32,000 nucleotides of DNA. Source: Paramicrosporidium saccamoebae KSL3 (Eukaryota; Fungi; Cryptomycota). The notes beneath the pieces are model-generated. The model saw only the letters and a list, made by a program, of their open reading frames with translations, did no database searches and was not told the DNA's origin. The stretch is taken from positions 41,733 through 73,732 of the forward strand of contig MTSL01000003.1 in NCBI GenBank assembly GCA_002794465.1, written 5' to 3'. The translations under genes and the position numbers were made by a program. Each line of letters begins with the position of its first letter. Position 1 is the first letter of the stretch. Below, in pieces: positions 18,513 to 28,787 of the stretch.

Positions 18513-21500
18513 TCATTGCTTGCCTTGCGTTGTAGATTGCGAGTAAGCAGGACTGGTGGGAGAGTAGGCAGGGCTCGTTGGACTGTAAGCAGGACTGGTA
18601 GGCGAATACGCCGGACTAGTGGGACTGTAAGCCGGGCTAGTCGGAGAATAAGCAGGGCTTGTAGGCGAGTACGCCGGACTAGTTGGAGAATATGCCGGAC
18701 TAGTGGGACTGTAGGCCGGACTAGTAGGGCTATATGCCGGACTAGTCGGAGAATAGGCAGGACTCGCTGGACTGTAAGCCGGGCTGGCTGGACTGTAGGC
18801 TGGACTTGCGGGGCTATAGGCCGGACTTGCAGGAGAATAAGCCGGACTAGCAGGAGAGTATGCCGGACTAGCAGGACTGTATCGTGGACTGGCTCCCCCA
18901 GCTTCGTACGCCGGACTGGCAGGACTATAGTATGCGGGACTCGCCGGCGAATACCGAGGCGAAGCACTTCCAGACTGCCTAAATGGACTCCACTTACCAC
19001 CGGCCGCAGCATCGCTCCAGGCCGGCGAGAAAGATCCGGACGCTGGACTCATGGGAGCGCCACTATACATTGAATACGCAGGCGATCTTTGCCCATCTGG
19101 ATAACTAGTGTAATCGCCAGTTCGCGCGCCGTTATTCTGCCAGTCTGCAGCTGCAAAGTTCTGCGAATATGACAAGGCGTGATTTAGGGCCGACTCGTTA
19201 ACTCGCATCTCAATTGATCCAGTTCCTAGTGGCGCTAACTGTCCAAGCATCACATTCTCAGCAACCCCACGACAAGCGTCGCTCTCGCCATTACTGGCTG
19301 CTTCTAATAAAATTTCTACAGTCTCTTCAAACGAACAACGCATCAAGGCACTGGTATCAGCACGGTTGATCCCGTGCCTGGTAATGGCCAGCAGATAGCC
19401 TTTCGCAGTCATTACATCGCACAACATGGCTAAATGGCGGTAATTCACATAGGAACCATCGGATTCAATGACCTTGCGAAGTTCCCTTAGAATTGCTGCT
19501 CTTGCCGCCTCAATGCCAAGAACTTCGTAGACTTCAATAATGTTGTTACTGAAGACTCGAGAAGAGTCAACGGCCGCATGGTTCATCACCTGCCGAAGAT
19601 TTACTCCCTCTGTTTCCAAAATCCATTCGCTCTGTGTCTCAAATTCCCCCTTATCGTTGATTGTGACTCCCTTATGATCCACCAAGAACACTCGGCGAAT
19701 CCCATCAATACCACGAAGATTAATAGAGTTTAACATGTTTGACTCAATGCGACGAAGGAAAACATCTTCTTCAATGCGGGCCTCGTCGTCCTCATCATTC
19801 ATCTTATCCTCTACCGGATTTTCGTTTACAATTCTACAGCGCAAAATCAACTTTTCAGCGTTGTCATCGTTTGCAAGGACATGCAGATCACGATTAAACT
19901 CTTCAGTAATGCGATTTGCGACTTCTGCCATCGTCAATTGTTTATCCAACATCTTGGCACGGTCCAATTCAACACGAAGTAGCCAGGGAGAAAGACGTTT
20001 AGGGTCTACCTCTTCATCTGGGAGCTCATAATAAGCCTGCACAAAGTCCAAATCATCATCAATAATCGTGGTCAAAGGATTGGGGTCGTAATGAATCTCT
20101 GCCGCCGCCGTCACCTTTTTTAGATTTGTGTGTTCCAGTTGGACCTGGACCTGCTTGGCGCTTATGGCTGATCGCGAATACTCTGGCTTCAAGTGGACTG
20201 TGAGAGAGGGTGTCTTAATGTTCTTGGCCAAATTGATAATTTCCTTGAGACGAGGCACACCAAGAGTAACATTGGACGCGACTCCAGCGTAATGGAAAGT
20301 ATTTAGGGTCATTTGTGTGGCAGGCTCTCCAATTGACTGCGCTGCTATGGTGCCCACCATTTCTCCGGGAGGCACGGCGCCAGCTGCAAATCTGCTCTCA
20401 ATTTCACCCAAAATCCACTCGAAAGCAGCCCTGCTCAATCTAAATTCTTCCAAAACACGACGTGTAGCCAGCATTGATCGACATAAAATACAAAACAGCA
20501 AGGTAGCATTGTGTTGCGCTTCCTTGCTGATACGATCACTCCCTGCCACCACAATCACCTTTTCACAAACGCCCTTGACTCCCTCAATGATCCGAAGGGG
20601 ATGCAAGTCTGAAGCATTCCTGGGATCGAGCTGGAAGAGTCTCTGAGAGTCCCAAATTAGTCGCCGGAGATTTAAAGGAAGGGGTCTGCTTCCATTGCCA
20701 TCAGGGAAAATGGTCGACCTAAGTAATTGCCGATCTTCCTGGAGTTGACGGAATTCCTGATCAAGTGCAATTTGAACAGAGGGATTCGTAGTCATTTCTT
20801 CGTAAATGTCCAATTCGACCAGATAGCTGGCCAAAGTCCATTTAGTGTCGGTGACGTCAATCCTGTACCTCCTTGTAAAGTCCTTTTCGCCAGCACGGAG
20901 AATGTCTAGCGACTGCCTTTCTATGCAAATTGCGTCTAGGCCGTCTTCTCCATATCTAAATTGAAGAATCTCTCCGCCGGCATTGCGGACGGTCCCATCA
21001 TATCTAACCATCACATCCTCCAAAGCCTTCACTAAACGACGCTGGATATATCCTGTCTCTGCAGTCTTTACTGCCGTGTCAATCAAACCCTCGCGTCCAC
21101 CCATGGCGTGGAAGAAGAACTCTTGGGGTGTCAATCCTCGGAGATACGAATTCTCCGCAAAGCCACGGGACTCTGGCCCGTAGTCGTCCTTGGTAAAGTG
21201 AGGAAGCGTGCGGTACCGAAAACCAAATGGAATACGGCGGCCTTCAACATTCTGCTGACCGACACAGGCGGTCATTTGGGAAATGTTGATAAAGGAGCCC
21301 TTGGAGCCAGCAACTACCATTTGTTTCACATTATTCTGTTCCTTCAAGCTACGCTGTGCACTAGTACCAGAGGCATCACGAGCCTTGTTGAGAACCTTAT
21401 TGACCTCGCTCTCAAAGGATTCCCGGAGAGTCATTCCTGGGTTACAAGAAAGCCGATTCTCCTGTGCTTGCAAAATAATCTTTTTGACCGAATCCTTTGC

Positions 21501-22104
21501 AGTGGCAATTGTATTGTTGATGGTCTCCATGGTTTGCTTATCGGCAATCGTATCACCAATGCCAATGCTGAAACCATGTCCTAGGAGCCAGTAGTTGACT
21601 ACCGTTTGGACATTGTTGAAAAAGTTTCGCGTCACTTCAGGTCCATGTTCATTCCAAATGACGTGAACCAGCCCACCAGGAGAATTACCCACAGTCTTCT
21701 TACACAAAGTACCGCAGAGAAGAATTCCATCTTCAATTAGGACCTTAGTGTCTCCTGGAGAAATGTCGCCAACTTCATTATCTGGATGGGCGGAATGCAG
21801 TCCGACAAGATTCACCCTCGGGATGATGAGCGTCATCAACTGCTTTCCAGTCCACCTCGGCACGGGCTTAAGAATTGCCGGCGTGGGAATGTTTCCATCC
21901 CAATTACTGACCCACATTAACGTGTTCATAACTTGAGACGGCCCCATAAAGACATCACGACGGGTAAACTTTCGGATTCCACAGAGCGTGTCCTGCACAA
22001 TACCCATGACTGGCTTATTCGCTTGTGGCGAGATGATCATTTTGGGAACCATGCAAAGCTCGGAAATCTCGGCTTTACTCTCCAATGATTGTGGAGCGTG
22101 CAAG

Positions 22105-22136
<32 letters not shown>

Positions 22137-23670
22137 GGGTGTCGTTACTGAAAGATTTAGTCGGAATGTTGACCATGGCATCACTTTGACGCGATGTCCC
22201 ATCATGGACATTTTATGCAAAGAGGGCTGTCGATTGAAAATGACCAAATCTTCGTCCATTAAATGTCGCTCAACTGTGTAGCCTGGCTGGAGAAATAATT
22301 CTCCCGCTTTCCGTGCAAACCGCAAATCAATTCGCTGCCCATCATCCCGGATCACATACCGCGCACCTGGATGTTCGTTTGGCCCATTGTTCACAAACCC
22401 CTGAAGCCGTGCAATATTAAACGGCGTCACCGCTTCGGGAATGGTCAGAGTACGTGCAATTGAACGGGGAACACCTACCTGGTCCAGAGATAAATTGGGA
22501 TCTGGAGTGATGACTGTACGGGCAGAAAAGTCAACACGCTTTCCCATCAAGTTCCCGCGGATTCGACCTTCCTTGCCCTTCAAACGAGCCTTAATGGATT
22601 TCAAAGGCCTCCCAGACTTTTGCAACGCCTGAGGCATGCCGGGAAGATCATTGTCCATATATGTTGCAACATGAAATTGCAAGAGTTGCTCATACTCGGC
22701 AATAATGTGGGCAGGTGCACCATCAATTTCATGCTTCTTTAGATTAGCATTCGACTTTACAATATCAGCCAATTTGTAGGTTAAATCATCTTCGCTCCTG
22801 GACAATGCATCCATCATGATAGAGGGGCGCACTGGAGGGGGAGGGACTGGAATAATGGTCAGAATCATCCATTCGGGTCTGGCAAATGTAGGATTAAATC
22901 CCATGGCAATACAGTCCTCATCCGATATCCTCTTTAGGATACCCAGAATCTTGTCGGCCGAAATATAAGTTTTGCCCTCGTTGGGGTTTCCTTCATCGCT
23001 GGCCACAGTCTTGAAAGATGCCACTAAGCGTAGTCCTTCACACCTAATCACGGGCTGGCGATGGCCACAGCCTATTCGCTTCTTTGCAGTTGCCTGCACT
23101 GCTCCCTCAGCCTCGGAATTCTGTCCCATATCACAGGTCATTTTTCCCTTGCACAGGCTCCAGATATGGTTCAATCGAGAACGCGAGTCCCGTAGTGTTT
23201 TTGGCTGGGAAAACCGGATAGAGTCCTAAAATGAATAAGAATGGATGACGAGACACGCTACCTCGTCTGTCTTTATGCGTGAACAGAAGAAGCAGACCGC
23301 CTCGAGCACTTTTTTAATTTTGGGAACAAAACCCACATGAAATACTGGCTTAGCAAGTTCAATGTGTCCAAAGTGTCCCGGACAATCAGTCATGCTCCCT
23401 CCACAAGTAGCACACTTGAAATTCCGGTCATTGGAGCCAAGACGCATGTCGAGCAGACCACCAACCTTTGGCAACGATGTAGAAGGGTCATAAGTCTCCG
23501 GGTAGTCTACTTTCACCACAGAATTTGCCTTCTACACACGGATTAACCATATTGGGGACGCACTGTACAATTTCGTCGGGAGAGAAGAGGCCAAACTGCA
23601 CCCGGCGAATCTTTTTTATTGGGATGGCAGAGGCCAACGCCGTTGAAGCGGCAGTAGCTTGGGCTGTCAT
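18513..23670 (-). CDS. RPB1: RNA polymerase II largest subunit, about 1694 aa, 3 exons
   Basis: Introns 23532-23568 (37 nt) and 23226-23261 (36 nt) restore [16 protein letters not shown] and the zinc motifs (CATC, CPGHFGH, CFFC). Catalytic [19 protein letters not shown], bridge helix [15 protein letters not shown] and a heptad CTD are present. Confidence 0.99.
18546..18881 (-). repeat. RPB1 CTD: 16 tandem 21-nt heptads (6 YSPASPA then 10 YSPTSPA)
   Basis: Counted unit by unit from the DNA; synonymous codons vary between units. Confidence 0.97.
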
Positions 23671-23972
23671 GACTTCTGGGAGGAGAGATTCTACTAGTTA
23701 GGAATACTGCGTAGACCCACCAGCAACGCAAGGATAAAGGTGGTGGAGCCGTAACTAGCGACTCTGCCGCCAACCTCGTCGTCCTGGCCAGTCCCGGTCG
23801 AATATTCCAGTCAAATACATCCTGCCAACCCGACCGGGGTTTCCGAATCCCGAGAGTACGTGCAACACTACATAAACCGTGCATTTACAAAGAGTCTTTT
23901 TATTCCATCAATTGATGGTACGTTTACACACACAGAATTGGACTGAGTAGACAGCAGTGTAGTCCTGCCTGC

Positions 23973-25334
23973 TTAGGCGTTCATGTAAGAGGAAATTTCA
24001 ATCTTGTCTGGAAGAGGCGTAATATTGACTTCGAACCTTTCTTGCACCTGGGTGAGGACGGTTGAATCTTCTGCGGTGGCTACAAAGGTAATGGCCAAAC
24101 CCTTGGTTCCAAAACGACCAGCACGTCCGACCCGATGGAGGTAGCTGTCCGCACCATCTGGCATATCATAGTTGATCACAATATTAACGCGTTCAATGTC
24201 GATTCCGCGTCCAAAAATGTCGGTCGCCACCATGATACGTTTGTTGAACTCTTTGAAACTCTTGTATCGAGCAATACGCTCCTCCTGGGGCATACCGGAA
24301 TGGATACAAATCGAGGGAAAGTTGCACTCTACCAGCAGCTTGTTCAGCTCGTTTGCCCGAGAGACAGACTTGACGAAAATGCAGACCTGGTTGAATTCGA
24401 GGGCGTCGAGCAAATCTATGAGCTTCCGATTCTTTTCGTTTTCGGCAAGCTTAACGTAATGCTGTTGAAGACCGTGAAGAGTGAGCTTAGTCTCGCTGTC
24501 CACGTACACTTCCAATGGATTTTGCATAAACCTTTTGCAGACGGCACGAATATCCTTGCTCAAGGTGGCGCTGAACATCATTACCTGCTTTTCATGGGGA
24601 GTCTGCTTAAAGATTTCCTGGACATCTCGGCGCATGTCTACAAGATGAGTCGTAATAGCGACGGCCTACCTAAAGCTTCTAACATTTTGTCACACTCATC
24701 CAAGATGAAATGCTTGCAACTCTTCAGATTCAGGGTCTTGTCCCGGAGGAGAGCCAAGATACGACCTGGGGTGCCCACAACGATATTTGGGCAATCAGTC
24801 TTAAGAACCTCATGGTCTTGCTTAACACTCACACCACCATAAAAGACGTGCGTCTTAAGGGTCGGCATGTACTTTGAGAAACGCAAATACTCATTCTTAA
24901 TCTGGAAAGCCAATTCACGTGTATGGCACAGCACAAGGACAGAGGCCTCTCCAGCCACCGGCTCAATCTGCTGCAGGGTGGCAAGGACAAAGACGGCAGT
25001 CTTGCCCATTCCTGACTTGGCTTGTGAAATAACGTCCATTCCAAGCAGCGCTTGCGGGATGCACTCTTGCTGAACTATGTCACGGTAAGCTTTTCTGAAA
25101 AATTGACGAACCTTCTGAGGGATGCTCAAAACCGCAGTCTGCGATGGCACGGAGCAGTTCGGGCTTTAACAAAAAGTCACGGAAGCCGGTGCTGTGAATA
25201 CCAACGTATCCCTTCTTTACTCCCTTGTCTACGCCCGCAGCATCCTTTCCGTCGGCTTTGGCGGGGGCGCTCAATTGGACAGTTGTCTCCTCTTCCTCCT
25301 CATAATCAATGAGCTCGTCTCCAGCATCGGCCAT
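23973..25334 (-). CDS. SUB2: DEAD-box (DECD) RNA helicase SUB2/UAP56, 430 aa, 3 exons
   Basis: ATG at 25334; introns 25075-25111 (37 nt) and 24638-24669 (32 nt). [29 protein letters not shown] and [10 protein letters not shown]. Confidence 0.97.
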
Positions 25335-25523
25335 TGCAATGGAGTTTTCGGTCGGAATCTTTGTAGGTCTACACAAGTTTAGTTTGCTGTATATATGCTA
25401 CTAGAATGAAGGATGGATGGATAGCGCAATATGACCTGACGTGCGCGCGCTACCGTCTCGTTGGCCACGGTCCCCGGCCAATCATTTTAAGGAGTTCGTT
25501 GCGGCAGGGGAAGTGGCCTGCCA
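25335..25523. promoter_or_regulatory. Divergent promoter region between SUB2 and the complex I subunit gene
   Basis: 189 bp between head-to-head ATGs; TGACGT at 25437-25442 and CCAAT at 25478-25482. Confidence 0.45.
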
Positions 25524-25881
25524 ATGGTAACCTTTCTGCGGAGTTGTCATTTTATAGGGGGGAGGTGGACAGAGCGGACTACCGAGATTTCCATATCCCA
25601 AGTGGGTATGGTCGCCAAGCGGCTGGTGGCCGCACCCGAGGCAGTGGCGGATCAACACTGCAGTCGTGGCCTTTGGTTTGATACTCGCCAATATTCCCAT
25701 TTACATATACGGAAGGAACCACAAGGTACTCTTGCGCTAGCTGGAGCTTACTCGTTTCATAGGAATTGATTATCGATTTGTCTACAGTGGTATCCCTGAC
25801 TCTTAACCCTTCAATTTCAACTAGGATGCCGAGGCTGAAGCACGCCGAAGGGAATTATTGTCCAAACGAGCAGGCCATTAA
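25524..25881 (+). CDS. Respiratory complex I accessory subunit, Yarrowia NUUM / plant KFYI-like, 84 aa, 4 exons (missing from the ORF track)
   Basis: Exons 25524-25526, 25558-25725, 25763-25789 and 25825-25881; GTA..TAG introns of 31, 37 and 35 nt. Protein: MGGGGQSGLPRFPYPKWVWSPSGWWPHPRQWRINTAVVAFGLILANIPIYIYGRNHKELIIDLSTVDAEAEARRRELLSKRAGH. It matches the recalled family pattern MGGG..YPYPK.VWSP.GGW...P..W..NTA plus one TM helix. ATTAAA overlaps the stop. Confidence 0.8.
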
Positions 25882-26332
25882 ATATATTCTCATATCCCGA
25901 CATTTAACTATTTGCATTCAGCTATCTAGGCTATCAGTCATGGGTGGATGCCGTTTAATAGGGCCTGTTGGCGAGCAAGAATATTTTTTATGAAAGATGC
26001 CATTATAGACCAATACATCAGATCGTGGTGTGACGTAGAGGCAGAGGATTGATTAGTTGGGTATTTGTGTGCTAGAGTGGATCGCTTTGCTGGGTATTTC
26101 AGGACAGTGAGATGTGTATCCATACTATTTATCCCCATTACGCGACACTATTTAACCAACAGGGTGTTGATGAGTGAACTTATTTTTATTAAAGTATATG
26201 GCTTCTTTATAGGTGACCATTCTTAATATAACCGGACCAGACGGTGGGACTGCCATCTGGACCAGGCTCGCCAAAAATAAATGGATGCTGTTTAACAAAC
26301 AGGGTCTTTACTTGAACCTCACAAAGATATTC

Positions 26333-28318
26333 TCATATCCAGACATCTCTAATTATTCGCTTGTTTGCGTTCCAGTTATTAAACATAGCCTGTGCCTCTG
26401 TAGCCGAGACTTGGCCATGTTCAGCAATCATTTCTTGGATGCAATTATTTACGTCCTTAATCATGGTCAATTCGTCTCCGCAGATATAAATCAACCCACC
26501 AGGCTCAGATGTCATGAGCTTGAACACTTCCAGCGAATGCGTCCTTAAAGCATCCTGTACATATTTGGGATGACCAGATGTCGAATCTCTGGAGCACGTG
26601 ATCGTTAACCTCGAAAGAGATCCATCTGAAAGGAACCCTTCCAATTCGTCTTTGAATAAGAAATCCTTGTCTTGGTTCCTGAATCCAAAGAGAAGCCATA
26701 CAGAACTGCGTTTTGCCGTTTCAGAACGAAGAAATCCAATAAATGGTGAGATTCCCGTGCCAGCACAAATCATGACAATTGGCACTGATAAGTCCTTGGA
26801 AAGTCGAAAGTGTGGAGAAGGACGAGGGAAGACGTTAAACTTTAAATGGTCTCCTTGACGTAAGCGCCTTTGGCATCTCTCCAGCCAAGAACTGCATAAC
26901 CCTTTCCGGATGCTACCATCTGGCATAGGGTACTCGATTGAACTATAGACAAACTCGACGCGATTGCTTCCCGTCGCGCTACACACTGAATAGAATCGTG
27001 GATGTAACAGGGTCATGTTACTCAATAAAAAGTCGAGTGGCGGTCTGCAGCTTGAAAATGTATACAAAAAATCCATGATATTTGCGTGGCTCGATGCGAG
27101 TGACATGTACTCCTTTGAACCGGCTCTACAAGAGAGGTACAATAAATTCATCTTCTCAACACTGCTGTCACAATACTCGGCAAGCCCTCTCAGGAAGGCC
27201 TTTTTTGGAAACTGCATCACGTCCACATATCTTAGAAAAAGGTTATAAATGGAAATTGGGCAATCCGCAACAACTGAGAGGAGACTTTCCGTAGGGATAG
27301 GAATTAACGGAGTGACACAGATCACTTGATCTCCATCCAAACCAAGCAATTTGAGAAAAGACTGTATAATCTCGGGATCATTCTCACAGATGACTCCAAA
27401 AGCGTCGCCAGCTTCACATAGCCAACGTTTGTCATCCACTGTAAACTGAACTGATACGACTTCTTTGACTGCTTCAGGCGCTGTAATGGTGTTCATCTCA
27501 ACATTAATACCAGTAATGGGATGCTGATAGTTGGCTTCCAATGGGGGATTTGTCAAGTCATTCTTGGCACACTCATCTGTGACGAACGACAATGAAATTG
27601 TGGATGGGTGAATCTTTGGCAATGTGTCCAGGTCTGTCTCTACCAATGTATCTTTGGTAGGGAATTTCCAATACTTGTAGGCTGCCTTGGTCGGTGCAAC
27701 AGTCAAGACGGCAGTTTCTTCCACCAAGCGGTCCATCACTTCTACAGGCGTCACCCCTGAAGGTTGACGGCCTTCGACTGCACTCCAAAATGACTCCAGC
27801 CAAGGTTCTACTGTGGCATCGTTCCTAAAAAATCAGTCTTTCCATCACACCGCTACCCAACCTCGGCATCGCAAAAAGCAGGCCGGATCAGCCATTTAGC
27901 ACCAAGCTGTGGAAGCCTATCCTCGAGGGTCTTTCCAGTGTTGTTGAAAGTAGTGTAGTTGCTATCGCCAAAGCCTAAAGCTTTAGTTTTCTAGTGTCTT
28001 TTGTTACCTAGCAAAGCAACCATTTTACCGTCCATGCAGCCTGTACCAACAGATTCATTCATCCAAGCCCAGAAATGAGTGGCATTGTCGGGTGAATCGC
28101 CGTCGCCCGTATTGGATATTAATATGGCTACATGTCCCTCTTGTATCGGAAAGCTCTACAGAATGACGTGGATTGCAAGGCATTACCTGCGAGAATTCGT
28201 TCAGAGTCATTATACGAGTCTTGATGCCTTTCATTGTGGCCTCGAGATACAGGTTTTCGGCATAGTCCTGAGATGTTCCATTCTGCGAGCCATAGGTCAC
28301 CAAAAGTCCATCCAGCAT
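26333..28318 (-). CDS. MTRR: Methionine synthase reductase (FMN/FAD/NADPH diflavin reductase), about 629 aa, 4 exons
   Basis: ATG at 28318; introns 28156-28186, 27975-28007 and 27825-27856 (31, 33, 32 nt). Flavodoxin motifs YGSQNGT, SNTGDGD and LGFGDSNY; MTRR-like GDAFGVICEN, PKKAFLRGLAEY, VEPWL..FW, CAGTGISPF, YICGD and terminal DVWI. Confidence 0.85.
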
Positions 28319-28623
28319 GGATCAGAAAAGTAAACAATCAATTTATCAACGACTGTCGGCTATTACCTGTGGTGTGCGTGATAATACCTCTGCGAGCAGA
28401 ACCAAAGATTAGGTTAATTTTGGCCGTGAGGTTTATGTCTGTAATTAGCGTGAGGTAGCATATCTGCAAAACTCCAATAAGGGACTCCACTTGAGCCTCA
28501 CAGTAACAACCCGTTATCCATGTTCCATATATGTGAAATGATGAATTGTCGAGACTATAGATAGACCACAAAGTGACGATAGAACCTTTACTTTGGCTTA
28601 TCCATATACATGACATGTTCATT

Positions 28624-28760
28624 TCATTTTACAGACTACAGGCTTATTCATCCTATTGCACTGACTACAGGCTTATCAGTCTCATTTTACAGACTACAGG
28701 CTTATCAGTCTCATTTTACAAACTACAGGCTTATCAATCCCATTTCATAGACTATAATTC
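28624..28760. repeat. 29-nt minisatellite, about 4.7 copies
   Basis: Unit TCATTTTACAGACTACAGGCTTATCAGTC at 28624, 28653, 28682 and 28711, with a partial copy at 28740; no spacers. Confidence 0.92.
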
Positions 28761-28787
28761 AATATTTCTTCACAAATTAAATTTCCC

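Noticed and set aside
18491-19073. Repetitive 173-aa (-) and 185-aa (+) ORFs
   Set aside because: Alternative-frame and antisense shadows of the RPB1 CTD repeat.
23783-23918. 8-bp inverted repeat CCCGGTCG/CGACCGGG (23783-23838) and 14-bp palindrome CCATCAATTGATGG (23905-23918) between SUB2 and RPB1
   Set aside because: Isolated short symmetries within chance expectation for 32 kb, with no additional RNA or transposon signature.
24135-24842. 235-aa antisense ORF over SUB2 (likewise 29104-29664, 21108-21584, 17239-17688 and others)
   Set aside because: Antisense shadows of conserved genes with no recognisable motifs.
25705-25726. CGGAAGGAA.CA..AAGG resembling SRP RNA helix 8
   Set aside because: The conserved CAGG/AGCA symmetric loop is missing and the sequence is coding (YGRNHK).
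25406-25760. RNase MRP RNA candidate: TGGAGCTTACT (like yeast NME1 CR-V), an 8-bp long-range pair TAGCGCAA/TTGCGCTA and several GC hairpins
   Set aside because: No canonical CR-I (AAGUCUCC) partner. The motif lies inside the 37-nt intron 25726-25762, and several hairpins fall in the coding exon of the complex I subunit gene.
28338-28622. 94-aa minus-strand ORF upstream of MTRR and 75-aa plus-strand ORF 28573-28800
   Set aside because: No recognisable family; the second simply translates the minisatellite.
28538-28664. Box C/D snoRNA (ATGATGA at 28538, CTGA at 28661)
   Set aside because: No terminal stem, the D box lies inside a minisatellite, and no rRNA-complementary guide was recognised.
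28624-28760. CRISPR-like array
   Set aside because: The repeats are contiguous without unique spacers, the context is eukaryotic, and there are no cas genes.
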